A DNA stretch of 59,010 bases from Coriobacteriales bacterium (GCA_050943615.1 JBMNPN010000004.1:1-59010); one strand, 5' to 3'. Positions 45,625 to 56,860 are shown, counted from the stretch's first letter. A program made the numbers and translations. The notes: a model not told the origin generated them from the letters alone.

Positions 45625-47223
45625 ATGGCAGATCCTAAGATCAAGCGCGCAATCATCTCTTTGACTGACAAGAGCGGCATCGAGGACTTCGCACGTGCTC
45701 TCGTCGACGAGTTCGGCGTCGAGATCATCAGCACGGGCGGTACGGCCAAGGTGCTCGAGCAGGCGGGCATCCCCGTCACGCCGATCGAGGAGTACACGGG
45801 CTTTCCCGAGATGATGGACGGACGCGTGAAGACGCTGCATCCCAAGGTCCACGGCGGGCTCCTCTGTCGACGCGACCTCGAGAGTCACCGCAAGGACGCC
45901 GAAGAAAACGGCATCGGCATGATTGACCTGGTCGTCGTGAACCTCTACGCCTTCCAAGACACCATCGACAAGCCGGACGTCGACTACCAAGATGCCATCG
46001 AGCACATCGACATCGGCGGCCCGTCCATGCTGCGCTCTGCTGCGAAGAACCACGCTTCGGTCACGGTCGTCACGGACCCGGCCGACTATGGCAAGATTCT
46101 CGAGGAGATGCGCGCCAACGACGGTGCCACTACGCTCGAGACCCGCAAGCGCCTCGCGCTCGAGGTCTTCCGCACGACGAGCGCCTACGACAACGCCATC
46201 TACACCTGGATGTACAACCAGATTGTGGGCGACGATGAATTTGCCGACGACAAGCGCATCTTCCTCGAGAAGGCGGCATCCCTGCGCTACGGCGAGAATC
46301 CTCATCAGCGCGCCGCGTTCTACAAGACGACGCACCCCGGCAAGCCAACGCCTGCAAGCGACGCCTATACCCTCGCCAACGCCGTCAAGGTCCAGGGCGA
46401 AAAGGACCTGAGCTACAACAACTACCTCGACACGGATGCCGCATGGAGCTCGGTGCGCGAGTTCGGCACCGACAAGCCCGCCTGCGTTATCATCAAGCAC
46501 CTCACGCCCTGCGGCATCGCGGTGGCAGACACCCAGCTTGACGCCTACCAGCGTGCCTTCGAGTGCGATTCCGTGAGCGCCTTCGGCGGCGTCATGGCCT
46601 TCAACGGCAAAGTCGAGGCGGCGACGGCACGTCAGATCGTCGAGGTCAACAAGCAGTTCATCGAAGTCGTCATCGCCCCTGATTACGAGCCCGAAGCGCT
46701 CGAGATCCTCGCGCAGAAGAAGAACGCGCGCATTCTCAAGACCGGCGGTATCAACCCCGCTGGCGGCACGGTCGACATCCGTGCGGTCGAGGGCGGCGTC
46801 GTCGTCCAGGACACCGACCACGTGGCCGAAGACCCCAAGGAGTTCACGGTCCCGACCAAGACCCAGCCCACGCCCGAGCAGATGGACGAGCTCCTCTTTG
46901 CCTGGAAGTGTTGCAAGTGCATCAAGTCCAACGCCATCGTGCTCACCAAGGACCACGCCACGGTCGGCGTCGGCGCAGGCCAGCCCAACCGCGTGAACTC
47001 CGCGCGAATCGCCGTCAACCAGGCGGGGGAGAAGGCCAAGGGCGCGGTCGTGGCAAGCGATGCGTTCCTGCCCTTCCCCGATACGCTCGAGGTCGTGCGC
47101 GACGCCGGTTGCACGGCGCTCATCCAGCCGGGTGGCTCGATTCGAGACCAGCTCTCCATCGATTGCGCCGATGAAGCGGGCATCCCGATGGTGTTTACCG
47201 CGCACCGTCACTTCAGGCACTAA
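45625..47223 (+). CDS. purH: Bifunctional AICAR transformylase/IMP cyclohydrolase
   Basis: ISTGGTAK, GRVKTLHP, IDIGGPSMLRSAAKN, LRYGENPHQ, SYNNYLD, ASDAFLPF, TAHRHFRH motifs. Confidence 0.97.
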   Translation: MADPKIKRAIISLTDKSGIEDFARALVDEFGVEIISTGGTAKVLEQAGIPVTPIEEYTGFPEMMDGRVKTLHPKVHGGLLCRRDLESHRKDAEENGIGMIDLVVVNLYAFQDTIDKPDVDYQDAIEHIDIGGPSMLRSAAKNHASVTVVTDPADYGKILEEMRANDGATTLETRKRLALEVFRTTSAYDNAIYTWMYNQIVGDDEFADDKRIFLEKAASLRYGENPHQRAAFYKTTHPGKPTPASDAYTLANAVKVQGEKDLSYNNYLDTDAAWSSVREFGTDKPACVIIKHLTPCGIAVADTQLDAYQRAFECDSVSAFGGVMAFNGKVEAATARQIVEVNKQFIEVVIAPDYEPEALEILAQKKNARILKTGGINPAGGTVDIRAVEGGVVVQDTDHVAEDPKEFTVPTKTQPTPEQMDELLFAWKCCKCIKSNAIVLTKDHATVGVGAGQPNRVNSARIAVNQAGEKAKGAVVASDAFLPFPDTLEVVRDAGCTALIQPGGSIRDQLSIDCADEAGIPMVFTAHRHFRH

Positions 47224-47247
47224 GCGATAAACAACGCGATCTGCAAG

Positions 47248-47279
47248 GGCCGCCTGTCGACGTTTGTTGGCAGGCGGCC
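47248..47279 (+). terminator. Hairpin after purH
   Basis: GGCCGCCTGTCGAC/GTTGGCAGGCGGCC arms. Confidence 0.55.
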
Positions 47280-47311
47280 TTCATATTGCGCTTCAAACGG
47301 TGGCATGTTCA

Positions 47312-47484
47312 GGTCCCAGCGGGGGTTTCGGATGGGCGATTTCGCAGAGCTGCTCGGGAGGGCCCCGCCCGCGCCCTTGCGAGGACTGTTTGAGCGCACG
47401 AAGTGCGCGAGTTCCGCAGCGGCGGGCGGGGCCCTCCCGAGCGGGAGCGGAGCGCTGAGCACATCCGAATCCCCCGCTGGGACC
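47312..47484. repeat. Hairpin element family H2, copy 1 (nested inverted repeats)
   Basis: Outer arms GGTCCCAGCGGGGGTTTCGGATG/CATCCGAATCCCCCGCTGGGACC and inner arms CTCGGGAGGGCCCCGCCCGC/GCGGGCGGGGCCCTCCCGAG; about 100 bp is near-identical to the reverse complement of 58905..59010. Confidence 0.85.
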
Positions 47485-47619
47485 GGGGCCTCGCTACGTG
47501 CACCGGCTTCCCGATTTTTCCGTCGGTGGAATTGCCGTGCTTGTTTACGTGCCGTTTCCGCAAAACGGCTACCCTAGGTTCCTGTAGATGGATAAGTCAT
47601 GCGGCAGCAAGGAGCTTTG

Positions 47620-48324
47620 GTGGCAGACGATCAAGACAAGAACGAGAAGATGCCCTACAACATCATCGGGGAGGGGCAGACCGACCAGGCCGACATCGAC
47701 CGTGCGGAGATGGCCGAGCGCGAGGCGATGAGCCTCGAGGAATGGTCCAAGAGAAACCTTCCGTCCGAGAAGATCACCTTTCGCTGGCGCTATGATAACA
47801 AGTCGATCCAGCTCTACGAACGCCGCCTGCATTCGCTTGCCAAGTTCAACGTCGGCCCCGCGATCCAGGCTTGGGCGCGCTCGCGTCTGGAGTGGATGCG
47901 CGATGAGCGGCTCTTCGAGATGCCCGACGGCGTGCTCGTCTTCTCGATCGACCCGGAAGGCGATATCGATATCCAGATGGAGCCGCAGCAGCCGGCACCC
48001 GTTATCGTAGACGCCGACCTCGTCTGGAAAGACGGTGTGCTCGTCGGGGCGAACATCCCGGGGAGCATCTGGGTGGTGCGCGATGGCTCTATCTCGATGG
48101 CGCCCGGTCCCATCAGACACGCGGCAGACACGCTCGTGCGCGATCTTGCCCAGGCGTTCCACCTCGAGCTTTCCGATGAGCCGATTGCCGAAGGGGATAT
48201 CGACGACGCGGAGGTCTTCTTCGCAAACGACGAGTTCGGCGTCATTCCCTGCACGGGCCACGAAGGCGAGACCGTCGACAAGTTCGTCAAGAGCTTCGAC
48301 AAGCTCTGGACCCTCAAACGGTAG
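47620..48324 (+). CDS. Hypothetical protein resembling a shortened class IV aminotransferase/ADC-lyase fold
   Basis: AAGGAG RBS before GTG; YERRLHSL, IWVVRDG, and LAQAFHLELSDEPI...AEVFFANDEFGVIP resemble class IV motifs. Confidence 0.7.
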   Translation: MADDQDKNEKMPYNIIGEGQTDQADIDRAEMAEREAMSLEEWSKRNLPSEKITFRWRYDNKSIQLYERRLHSLAKFNVGPAIQAWARSRLEWMRDERLFEMPDGVLVFSIDPEGDIDIQMEPQQPAPVIVDADLVWKDGVLVGANIPGSIWVVRDGSISMAPGPIRHAADTLVRDLAQAFHLELSDEPIAEGDIDDAEVFFANDEFGVIPCTGHEGETVDKFVKSFDKLWTLKR

Positions 48325-48403
48325 GTGCAGGGCACGGCGCGGCGCGTGAAACGCTACGATCCCTCACAGCAAGAGAAACGGCACAGGAAAGAGGAGCAAT
48401 CCC

Positions 48404-49768
48404 ATGGCGCTTGAACCCGAACAGGTAGTCGAGACCCTGCAGATGGTGACGCAGGAGCACCTGGACATTCGAACGATCACGCTCGGGCTCAACTTGCGCG
48501 CCTGCGTCCATGAGGACATCGACGTCATGGCACGCCGCGTTTACGACCGCCTCACCACGGCTGCTGCCGACCTCGTCCCGACAGCCGAGCAGCTCGAGCG
48601 CGAGTACGGCATCCCGATCGTGCACAAGCGCATCGCGGTGACGCCCATCGCCGAGATCTGCGGTGCCTGCAAGGACGAGGACCTGACGCCCATCGCCGTG
48701 GCGCTCGACAAGGCGTCCAAGGAAGTCGGCGTCAACTTCGTCGGCGGGTTCACGGCGCTCGTGGAAAAGGGCGCGAGCGACTCCGACCGGCGTCTCATCA
48801 ACAGCATCCCGCATGCGCTTGCAGAGACCGAGAACGTCTGCTCGTCGGTCAACATCGGCTCGACGCGCGCGGGCATCAACATGGATGCCGTGCTGCGCAT
48901 GGCCGAGGTCGTGCGCGAAAGTGCCGAAATCACGGCCGACCAGGACTCCATCGCCTGCGCCAAGCTCGTGGTCTTTTGCAACATGGTCCAGGACAACCCC
49001 TTCATGGCCGGTGCAATGCACGGCAGCGGCGAGGCTGACGAGGTCGTCAACGTGGGCGTCTCCGGCCCCGGCGTGGTGCATGCCGTGCTCGACAGCATGC
49101 CCGATGACGCCTCGATCATGGAGGTCGCTGAGGCCATCAAGGCCACAACTTTCAAGATCACCCGTGCAGGCGAGCTCATCGCCCGCGAGGCGGCAAAGCG
49201 CCTCGGCTATCAGAAGGGCATCCTCGACCTCTCGCTGGCGCCGACCCCCGCACGTGGCGACTCCGTCGCCGACATCATCGAGAGCATCGGCGTCGGCCAG
49301 GTGGGCGGTCCGGGCACGACGGCGGCTCTTGCCCTGCTCAACGACGCGGTCAAGAAGGGCGGCGTCATGGCGAGCTCTTCGGTCGGCGGCCTTTCCGGTG
49401 CCTTCATTCCGGTCTCGGAGGATGCGGGCATGATCCGCGCGGCAGAGGACGGGACGCTTTCCATCGAGAAGCTCGAGGCCATGACGAGCGTGTGCTCGGT
49501 CGGGCTCGACATGATCGCGATTCCCGGCGACACGACGGTCGAGACGATTGCGGGCATCATCGCCGACGAGGCGGCCATCGGCCTCATCAACAACAAGACG
49601 ACGGCCGTGCGCGTGATTCCCGCCGTCGGCAAGAAGGCGGGAGACACGCTCGAGTTCGGCGGTCTGCTCGGCAGTGCCCCCATTATGCCGGTCAACACGC
49701 ATGCGGGCACGGTCTTCGCACACCGTGGCGGTCGTTTCCCGGCACCCATCAACTCGCTCAAGAACTAG
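48404..49768 (+). CDS. UPF0210/DUF711 family protein
   Basis: [65 protein letters not shown] motifs. Confidence 0.93.
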   Translation: MALEPEQVVETLQMVTQEHLDIRTITLGLNLRACVHEDIDVMARRVYDRLTTAAADLVPTAEQLEREYGIPIVHKRIAVTPIAEICGACKDEDLTPIAVALDKASKEVGVNFVGGFTALVEKGASDSDRRLINSIPHALAETENVCSSVNIGSTRAGINMDAVLRMAEVVRESAEITADQDSIACAKLVVFCNMVQDNPFMAGAMHGSGEADEVVNVGVSGPGVVHAVLDSMPDDASIMEVAEAIKATTFKITRAGELIAREAAKRLGYQKGILDLSLAPTPARGDSVADIIESIGVGQVGGPGTTAALALLNDAVKKGGVMASSSVGGLSGAFIPVSEDAGMIRAAEDGTLSIEKLEAMTSVCSVGLDMIAIPGDTTVETIAGIIADEAAIGLINNKTTAVRVIPAVGKKAGDTLEFGGLLGSAPIMPVNTHAGTVFAHRGGRFPAPINSLKN

Positions 49769-49788
49769 CGTCTCTCGCGCTCTGGCAA

Positions 49789-50268
49789 TTAAGGCTGCGT
49801 GAGTTCTGTAGCGCCTGTGGAGGGTGTGAAGGAGTATCTGCCGTAGATGTCGTTGAGCTCGGAGTTGAAATCTGCGTCAAGGCGGGAGTAGTCATCGTCT
49901 CCCGCCATGCCGGTTTCCTTTTGCTGGTATTTTTTCACAAGGTTCAGAAGGTCGTTTTTGAGGTGCTTGCGCTCTGTCCGCGTGAGGTTTTTCGATGACT
50001 CCGACTGGAAAGGCGGCCCCGAGAGCTCTTGGATGACGGTCTCCACCTTGGCGAGCTCGTCGTCGAACTCGTCTTTCGAGACGAACTTTTCCTGGGTTGC
50101 AGCCGGTGTCGTCTCGTAGCTCGAGGAAAGGTACCCGGCGGCGGTCAGTCCGTAAAGCACCGCGAGTACGCAGATGACGGCAACGATGGCAGGGAGAACC
50201 TTCGAGAGTTTTCCCGGCGCGCGCTTTTCCGCAGCCTGCGCATGCTTTTCTTTGCCGTCTTCCGACAT
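49789..50268 (-). CDS. Hypothetical single-TM membrane protein
   Basis: 159-aa ORF with one N-terminal hydrophobic helix; it fills the gap between convergent and divergent neighbours. Confidence 0.65.
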   Translation of the reverse strand: MSEDGKEKHAQAAEKRAPGKLSKVLPAIVAVICVLAVLYGLTAAGYLSSSYETTPAATQEKFVSKDEFDDELAKVETVIQELSGPPFQSESSKNLTRTERKHLKNDLLNLVKKYQQKETGMAGDDDYSRLDADFNSELNDIYGRYSFTPSTGATELTQP

Positions 50269-50457
50269 GTTCGAGATGAGACCTTTCGCCCTTTTTGCGA
50301 TGATCTTGTCACCGGTGCCGCTGTGTTTTCATTGGACACAAGTATAGCGTGTGTATCTGTCTTTCGCCCCTTTGGGAGGCGAAGGCAAGTTTCTATCGCT
50401 CCAGCGTGAAAAAGCGCTAGACTTTGTGCACGTTCTCCAATAGAAAAGAGCTCCTTT

Positions 50458-51489
50458 ATGCCCACCATGAACTTCAAGCGCCGCCTTCCCATCCCGCAGG
50501 AGATCCGCGAGGAGATGCCGCTTTCTGCCGAGCTCGTCGAAAAGAAGAAGGAGTTCGACGCGTCCGTTGCCGCGGTCATCACGGGGGAAAGCCCAAAGAA
50601 GCTCCTCGTCATCGGCCCGTGTTCGGCGGACCGCGAAGACTCGGTGCTCGACTACGTCACGCGCCTGGCGGGTTTGCAGGAAAAGGTCGCCGACAAGTTC
50701 GTCATCGTGCCGCGCGTCTACACCAACAAGCCCCGCACCAAGGGCACGGGCTACAAGGGGCTGCTGCACCAGCCCGATCCCGAAGGCGAATCCGATCTTC
50801 TTGCGGGCATCAAGGCCATCCGCCATATGCACTTGCGCGTCATCGAGGAGACCGGCTTTTTCACGGCCGACGAGCAGCTCTATCCGGCCAACTACCGCTT
50901 CCTGTTCGACCTGCTCGCCTACGTGGCCATCGGCGCACGCTCAGTGGAGAACCAGGAGCACCGTCAGGTGGCAAGCGGCATGGAGGTCCCGGTGGGCATG
51001 AAGAACCCGACTGGAGGCTCGCTTTCCGTGATGCTCAACTCCATCTATGCCGCCCAACAGGTCCAGACCTTCATCTACCGCAACTGGGACGTGACCAGCA
51101 CGGGAAACCCGTATGCGCATGCGGTCCTGCGCGGCTACCAGGGCTTCGATGGGAGAAACCACCCGAACTACCACTACGAGCACCTCGAGCGCCTGTCCAA
51201 TGCCTATCTCGAGGGCGACTACCAGAACCCGGCCGTCATCGTGGACTGCAACCACGACAACTCCGGCAAGCGCCCCTTCGAGCAGATTCGCATCTGCAAG
51301 GAGGTCCTCGACAGCTGCCGCCGCAACGCCGACATTGCCAAGATCTTCCGCGGCTTCATGATCGAAAGCTACATCGAGGACGGCAACCAGCCCGTCGACG
51401 GCGAGGTCTACGGCAAGTCCATCACCGACCCGTGCCTGGGCTGGGACAAGACCGAGCGCCTCGTGCTGGAGCTTGCCGACCGGCTGTAG
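50458..51489 (+). CDS. aroF: Class I DAHP synthase (AroF/AroG/AroH type)
   Basis: IGPCSAD, RVYTNKPRT, IGARSVENQEHRQVASG, PVGMKNPT, VDCNHDNS, GKSITDPCLGW motifs. Confidence 0.93.
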   Translation: MPTMNFKRRLPIPQEIREEMPLSAELVEKKKEFDASVAAVITGESPKKLLVIGPCSADREDSVLDYVTRLAGLQEKVADKFVIVPRVYTNKPRTKGTGYKGLLHQPDPEGESDLLAGIKAIRHMHLRVIEETGFFTADEQLYPANYRFLFDLLAYVAIGARSVENQEHRQVASGMEVPVGMKNPTGGSLSVMLNSIYAAQQVQTFIYRNWDVTSTGNPYAHAVLRGYQGFDGRNHPNYHYEHLERLSNAYLEGDYQNPAVIVDCNHDNSGKRPFEQIRICKEVLDSCRRNADIAKIFRGFMIESYIEDGNQPVDGEVYGKSITDPCLGWDKTERLVLELADRL

Positions 51490-51572
51490 GCGAATCTGAG
51501 CGTCTTCTCAACATGAAACAGAATAGTTCCATCAGCGTGCTGGGGCGATTAGTGACACTTTGGTGAAGTGAC

Positions 51573-51601
51573 TTGCGCAGGTGACGGGTGCTTCTTATAG
51601 T
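51573..51601 (+). promoter_or_regulatory. Sigma70-type promoter of the tetR-activase operon
   Basis: TTGCGC-N17-TATAGT. Confidence 0.6.
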
Positions 51602-51603
51602 GT

Positions 51604-51643
51604 AAATCGACAAGATGTTTAATAAACTGCTCTGTGTCGATTT
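51604..51643. promoter_or_regulatory. Candidate TetR operator (nested palindrome overlapping the predicted transcription start)
   Basis: AAATCGACA...TGTCGATTT outer arms around an inner GTTTA-A-TAAAC palindrome. Confidence 0.5.
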
Positions 51644-51658
51644 CACATTGGAGGAGAC

Positions 51659-52306
51659 ATGGCCCAAGCGATAGTCAATGAGCCTGCGGACAGGCGCAAG
51701 GCGCACCCGCGTTCCGACCGGCGCATCATCCGCACCAAGCGTGCATTGCGCAGGGCGCTCATAGAGCTCATCGAGGAGCGCGGTTACGATGGCTTTACCG
51801 TCAACGACCTTTGCAAGCGCGCCGATATCAACCGCGGAACGTTCTACAACCACTACCGGGACAAGGACGACCTGCTCAACTCGCTCGAAACCGAGTTCTT
51901 CGAGAAGCTCGGGGATTACCAGGAGCGGATGGGGGATCTGAGCCTCGTCACGCTCGGCAAGTATATGTTGACCGAGCAGCCCCTGCCCCTGCTCGTTGAC
52001 CTGTTCACGTACCTGCGCGAGCAGGGAGGCTTCTTGCATGCCGTGATCGGCAAGGGCGGAGATGCGAGCTTCAGCGGACGCCTCTGTGATGCCGTTTGCA
52101 CCAACTTCATCCAGTGCATACTTCATGAGCGCTACCGCAACAGCGACGATCCCTTCGTCGGCTACTACGTCGCCTTCTTCTCTAATGCGTATCTGGGTGT
52201 CATCACGCGCTGGATCGAGACGGGCATGCAGGAGAGCCCTGAGAAGATGGCCCGTATCGCCACCCGCCTGCTCTTCATCAAGCCGGGCGAGTCGATCGAG
52301 CTGTAA
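51659..52306 (+). CDS. TetR/AcrR family transcriptional regulator
   Basis: DRRIIRTKRAL, FTVNDLCKRADINRGTFYNHYRDK HTH, and C-terminal WIETGMQESPEKMA. Confidence 0.95.
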   Translation: MAQAIVNEPADRRKAHPRSDRRIIRTKRALRRALIELIEERGYDGFTVNDLCKRADINRGTFYNHYRDKDDLLNSLETEFFEKLGDYQERMGDLSLVTLGKYMLTEQPLPLLVDLFTYLREQGGFLHAVIGKGGDASFSGRLCDAVCTNFIQCILHERYRNSDDPFVGYYVAFFSNAYLGVITRWIETGMQESPEKMARIATRLLFIKPGESIEL

Positions 52307-52319
52307 GAGGAGATAGATA

Positions 52320-55300
52320 ATGTCAGCAACTAACGCAAGCTATAGAATCGGCGTCGACGTCGGGTCGACCACGGTCAAGCTGGTCGTGCTCGACAAACAG
52401 GACAACATCGTCTTTTCCGTCTACCGGCGCCACCACTCAGATATCCGCGCCACCATCATCGGCATCATCGATGAGGCGCTCGAGCAGGTCGGAGACGATC
52501 CGGCCACGATGACGATCACCGGCTCGGGCGGGCTGTTGCTCGCCAACTGGCTCGGCGTTCCCTTCGTACAGGAGGTCATCGCCAACAAGACCGCAATCGA
52601 GCGGATCATCCCCGCCACCGACGTGGCCATCGAGCTTGGCGGAGAAGATGCCAAGATCATCTACTTCGACGGTGGCATCGAGCAGCGCATGAACGGGACC
52701 TGCGCCGGCGGCACAGGTGCCTTCATCGACCAGATGGCAGCACTCCTCGACACCGACGCGGCCGGCCTCAACGAGCTGGCCAAGAACCACACGGTCATCT
52801 ACCCGATCGCCTCGCGCTGCGGCGTGTTTGCAAAGACCGACGTGCAGCCGCTCCTCAACGAGGGCGCCAAGAAGGAGGACATCGCCGCCTCCATCTTCCA
52901 GGCGGTCGTCATGCAGACCATCTCCGGCCTTGCCTGCGGGCGTCCCATCCGCGGTAACGTCGCCTTCCTCGGCGGCCCGCTCCACTACCTCTCCGAGCTG
53001 CGCCAGCGCTTCGTCGAGACGCTCGAGCTGACCGATGAGACGACCATCGTTCCCGAGGAATCGCACCTGTTCGTCGCGCGCGGCGCGGCGCTCGCGTCCG
53101 AGGAGAACGTCGAGACGGTGAGCTTGGGCGAGCTCAAGGAGCGCATCAAGGGACTCGGCAGTATCCAGGGCTCCGAGGTCGAGCGCCTCGACCCGCTGTT
53201 CGCCAACGAGAACGAGTACAAGCTGTTCAAGGAGCGCCATGCTCAGGCAACGGTGCCCAAGGCCGACCTCGCTTCCTACAGCGGGCGTGCCTACCTTGGC
53301 ATCGATGCCGGCTCGACCACGCTCAAGTCCGTGCTCGTCGGCGATGACGGCCAGATTCTCTACAGCTTCTATGCAAACAACAAAGGCGACGTGCTCGGTA
53401 CGACGCGCCGCATGCTCGGCGAACTCGAGGAAAAGGTTCCCAAGGACGTCGACGGCAAGCCGCTCGTCGAGATTGCCCACTGCACGGTGACCGGCTACGG
53501 CGAGGCGTTGCTCCTCGAGGCCATCCAGGCCGACAGCGGGGAGATCGAGACCGTGGCGCACCTGCGCGGCGCGCGCGAGCTCGAGCCCAACGTCGACTTC
53601 ATCCTCGACATCGGCGGGCAGGACATGAAGTGCATGCGTGTCAAGGACGGCGTCATCGAGCACATCATGCTCAACGAGGCCTGTTCTGCCGGGTGCGGCT
53701 CCTTCATCGAGGCCTTCGCTACCTCGCTGGGACTTTCGGTCGAGGAGTTTGCCGCCGAGGCGCTCAAGGCCGAGGCGCCCGTCGACTTGGGAAGCCGCTG
53801 CACCGTCTTCATGAACTCCCGCGTCAAGCAGGCGCAAAAGGAGGGCGCGAGCGTCGCCGACATCAGCGCTGGTCTGAGCTACTCCGTCATCAAGAACGCG
53901 CTCTTCAAGGTCATCAAGCTGCGCGACGCAAGCGAGCTGGGGGCCCACGCGGTCGTTCAGGGCGGCACGTTTCTGAACGATGCGGTCCTGCGTGCCTTCG
54001 AGCTTCTGGCCGGCCACGATGCGATACGCCCCGACATCGCCGGCAACATGGGCGCCTGGGGCGCGGCGCTTCTGGCGCGCGATAGGGCAACCGATGCCCC
54101 CTCGACGCTCCTCACCACCGCCGAAATCGATGCGCTCGAGATCAAGCACACCACCGTGCGCTGCGGGCGCTGCGAGAACAACTGCCTGCTCACGATCAAC
54201 GACTTCGGCAGCGACCCCGAGACGGGCAAGCGTCGTCGCTTCATCACGGGCAACCGCTGCGAGCGCGGTGCCGGCGTGAAAAAGGACAAGGCCAAGGTCC
54301 CGAACCTCTTCGAGTTCAAGAACGACCTGCTCTTCAACCGCGAGTCGCTTTCCCCGGAGGCGGCCAAGTACGGCACGGTGGGCATCCCGCGCGCGCTCAA
54401 CATGTACGAGAACTACCCGTTCTGGCACACGTTCTTCACGACGCTTGGGTACCGCGTGATCCTCTCCGACCCGTCCACCAAGGCGACCTTCCAAGCGGGC
54501 ATCGAGTCGATGCCCTCGGAGAACGCCTGCTATCCGGCAAAGCTCAGCCACGGCCACATCATGCAGCTGCTCGACGAGCACCCCGACTTCATCTGGATGC
54601 CCTGCATCCGCTGGGAGCGCCAGGAGGACAAGGGCGCGAACAACCACTACAACTGCCCGATGGTCATGAGCTACTCCGAGGCGCTCAAGCTCAACATCGA
54701 CGAGCTCCAGAATTCGGATACCGACTTCTTGAACCCGTTCATTCCCTATGACGACAAGGAAGCGCTCAAGAAGCGCCTCTACGAGCATCTGAGCAAGGAA
54801 CGCCGCGGTAAGGGCAAGCCGGTGCCGACGCGTAAAGAGATCAACGCTGCCGTGGACCGTGCCTGGCAGGCCGACCTCGACTTCAAGAACACGATGCGCG
54901 CTAAGGGCGAAGAGACCATCGCCTGGATCGAGGAGCACCATGCTCACGGCATCGTGCTCGCGGGGCGTCCCTACCACATCGACAACGAGATCAACCACGC
55001 CATCCCCGAGCTCATCACGAGCTACGGGCTGGCCGTGCTCACCGAGGACTCGGTGGCGCACCTCGGCAAGCTCGAGCGCAACCTGCGCGTCTACGACCAG
55101 TGGATGTTCCACACGCGTCTCTACAACGCCGCCAAGGTCGTGACCGAGCGCACCGACCTCGACCTGGTGCAGCTCAACTCCTTTGGCTGCGGCCTCGACG
55201 CCCTTACCACCGACGAGGTGCAGGAGATCATCGAGGGCTCGGGCAAGGTCTACACGGTTCTGAAGATCGACGAGGTCAGCAACCTCGGCGCCGCGCGCAT

Positions 55301-56750
55301 CCGCATCCGCTCGCTTCTGGCCGCCCTCAAGCAGAAGTCCGACGGGAAGCCGCAGGGCGAGCAGGCGGCGATGAAGGAGATCCTCGAGGAGGGTTGCAAG
55401 GAGTGCACCGATGCGCCGACCTTCGAGTTCGAGCCGAACCGCGTGGCCGCCTCCACGGAGTTTCCGCGCGTGGAGTTCACCGAGGAGATGCGCGATGCGG
55501 GCTACACGATTCTGGCGCCGCAGATGTCGCCGATCCATTTCGAGCTGCTCGTGCCGATCTTCCACCACTACGGCTATAACCTCGAGCTTCTGCCCTCGGT
55601 CGACCCGAGCGCCGTGGACGCGGGCCTCAAGTACGTCAACAACGACATCTGCTATCCCTCAATCCTGGTCACCGGCCAGATCATGGAGGCGGCGACGTCC
55701 GGGCGCTACGATATGGACAAGACCGCCTTCGTCATCACGCAGACCGGCGGCGGATGCCGTGCGACCAACTACATCAGCCTGATCCGAAAGGGGCTGCACG
55801 AGGCGGGTCTCGACCAGGTCCCGGTCATCAGCATCGCCTTCAACGACACTGGTGAGAAGAACTCCGGCTTCGAGGTGACGCCAGCCATGCTCAAGACGGC
55901 CATCCCCGCCCTGCTCATCGGCGACCTGCTCATGATGTGCCTGTACCGCGTGCGCCCGTACGAGGCCGAGCCCGGCAGCGCCGACAAGCTGTTCCGCAAG
56001 TGGATGGACTACACCAAGGAAAACGTCTGCGAGATGTCGTTGCGCGACGCGAACAAGGTCTACGCCGCCATCGTCAAGGACTTCGACGAGCTGCCCTGCG
56101 TGGACTTCGGCAGCAAGCCGCGCGTGGGCGTGGTCGGCGAGATCCTGGTCAAGTTCCACCCGACGGCCAACAACCAGATCGTGAAGACCATCGAGGCCGA
56201 GGGCTGCGAGGCGGTCGTCCCCGGGCTGGTCGACTTCTTCCTCTTTGCGATTCTGAACCCGGCGTTTCGCCACAAGGAGCTCACACCGAGCCTCAAGAAG
56301 TACGTGACCGCCGTGGGCGTGGTCCGCGCGCTCGAGAAGCTGCGCGATCCCATCAGGAAGGCGCTTGCCAAATCGGAGCGTTTCGAGCCGTTCGAGACGA
56401 TCGAGGAGATTGCCAAGGGCGCAAGCGAGATCATCGACCTCGGCAACACGATGGGCGAGGGCTGGCTGCTCACCGGCGAGATGGTCGAGCTCGTCAACGA
56501 AGGCGCGCCCAACATCGTGTGCACGCAGCCCTTTGCCTGCCTGCCCAACCACGTGGTCGGCAAGGCGGTCATCAAGGAGATGCGTCGCCGCTACCCGCAG
56601 TCCAACATCGTCGCCGTCGACTACGACCCCGGCGCCTCCGAGGTCAACCAGCTCAACCGCATCAAGCTCATGATTGCGGTTGCCTTCTCCAACCAAAAGG
56701 AGCAGCGCGAGGCGGAGCAGGCCAAGAAAAACGAGCCCGTACCGGCATAA
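52320..56750 (+). CDS. 2-hydroxyacyl-CoA dehydratase activator-like multidomain protein (2 BadF/BadG/BcrA/BcrD ATPase domains plus DUF2229-like regions)
   Basis: [16 protein letters not shown] and SRCGVF; [18 protein letters not shown] and SRCTVF; [45 protein letters not shown]. Confidence 0.92.
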   Translation: MSATNASYRIGVDVGSTTVKLVVLDKQDNIVFSVYRRHHSDIRATIIGIIDEALEQVGDDPATMTITGSGGLLLANWLGVPFVQEVIANKTAIERIIPATDVAIELGGEDAKIIYFDGGIEQRMNGTCAGGTGAFIDQMAALLDTDAAGLNELAKNHTVIYPIASRCGVFAKTDVQPLLNEGAKKEDIAASIFQAVVMQTISGLACGRPIRGNVAFLGGPLHYLSELRQRFVETLELTDETTIVPEESHLFVARGAALASEENVETVSLGELKERIKGLGSIQGSEVERLDPLFANENEYKLFKERHAQATVPKADLASYSGRAYLGIDAGSTTLKSVLVGDDGQILYSFYANNKGDVLGTTRRMLGELEEKVPKDVDGKPLVEIAHCTVTGYGEALLLEAIQADSGEIETVAHLRGARELEPNVDFILDIGGQDMKCMRVKDGVIEHIMLNEACSAGCGSFIEAFATSLGLSVEEFAAEALKAEAPVDLGSRCTVFMNSRVKQAQKEGASVADISAGLSYSVIKNALFKVIKLRDASELGAHAVVQGGTFLNDAVLRAFELLAGHDAIRPDIAGNMGAWGAALLARDRATDAPSTLLTTAEIDALEIKHTTVRCGRCENNCLLTINDFGSDPETGKRRRFITGNRCERGAGVKKDKAKVPNLFEFKNDLLFNRESLSPEAAKYGTVGIPRALNMYENYPFWHTFFTTLGYRVILSDPSTKATFQAGIESMPSENACYPAKLSHGHIMQLLDEHPDFIWMPCIRWERQEDKGANNHYNCPMVMSYSEALKLNIDELQNSDTDFLNPFIPYDDKEALKKRLYEHLSKERRGKGKPVPTRKEINAAVDRAWQADLDFKNTMRAKGEETIAWIEEHHAHGIVLAGRPYHIDNEINHAIPELITSYGLAVLTEDSVAHLGKLERNLRVYDQWMFHTRLYNAAKVVTERTDLDLVQLNSFGCGLDALTTDEVQEIIEGSGKVYTVLKIDEVSNLGAARIRIRSLLAALKQKSDGKPQGEQAAMKEILEEGCKECTDAPTFEFEPNRVAASTEFPRVEFTEEMRDAGYTILAPQMSPIHFELLVPIFHHYGYNLELLPSVDPSAVDAGLKYVNNDICYPSILVTGQIMEAATSGRYDMDKTAFVITQTGGGCRATNYISLIRKGLHEAGLDQVPVISIAFNDTGEKNSGFEVTPAMLKTAIPALLIGDLLMMCLYRVRPYEAEPGSADKLFRKWMDYTKENVCEMSLRDANKVYAAIVKDFDELPCVDFGSKPRVGVVGEILVKFHPTANNQIVKTIEAEGCEAVVPGLVDFFLFAILNPAFRHKELTPSLKKYVTAVGVVRALEKLRDPIRKALAKSERFEPFETIEEIAKGASEIIDLGNTMGEGWLLTGEMVELVNEGAPNIVCTQPFACLPNHVVGKAVIKEMRRRYPQSNIVAVDYDPGASEVNQLNRIKLMIAVAFSNQKEQREAEQAKKNEPVPA

Positions 56751-56828
56751 GGCTGCCGCGGGAAACTGCGCCGGAGAATATCTGGCGTTCGAGATGAGGG
56801 CTTGCAGGGAGAGTGGAAGGATCGAATC

Positions 56829-56857
56829 GGGCGCGCAACGATGCGTGTTGCGCGCCC
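56829..56857 (+). terminator. Hairpin after the activase gene
   Basis: GGGCGCGCAAC/GTTGCGCGCCC arms. Confidence 0.55.
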
Positions 56858-56860
56858 TGA

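Noticed and set aside
48404-49768. Pyruvate formate-lyase call for the so-called PFL-family protein
   Set aside because: It has no glycyl-radical motif and no adjacent activase; the motifs are those of UPF0210/DUF711.
52437-55568. Long antisense ORFs (1043 aa here; also 39341..41938, 45397..47220, 30328..32217, 20553..22184)
   Set aside because: They are shadow frames opposite well-supported high-GC3 genes and show no recognisable motifs.
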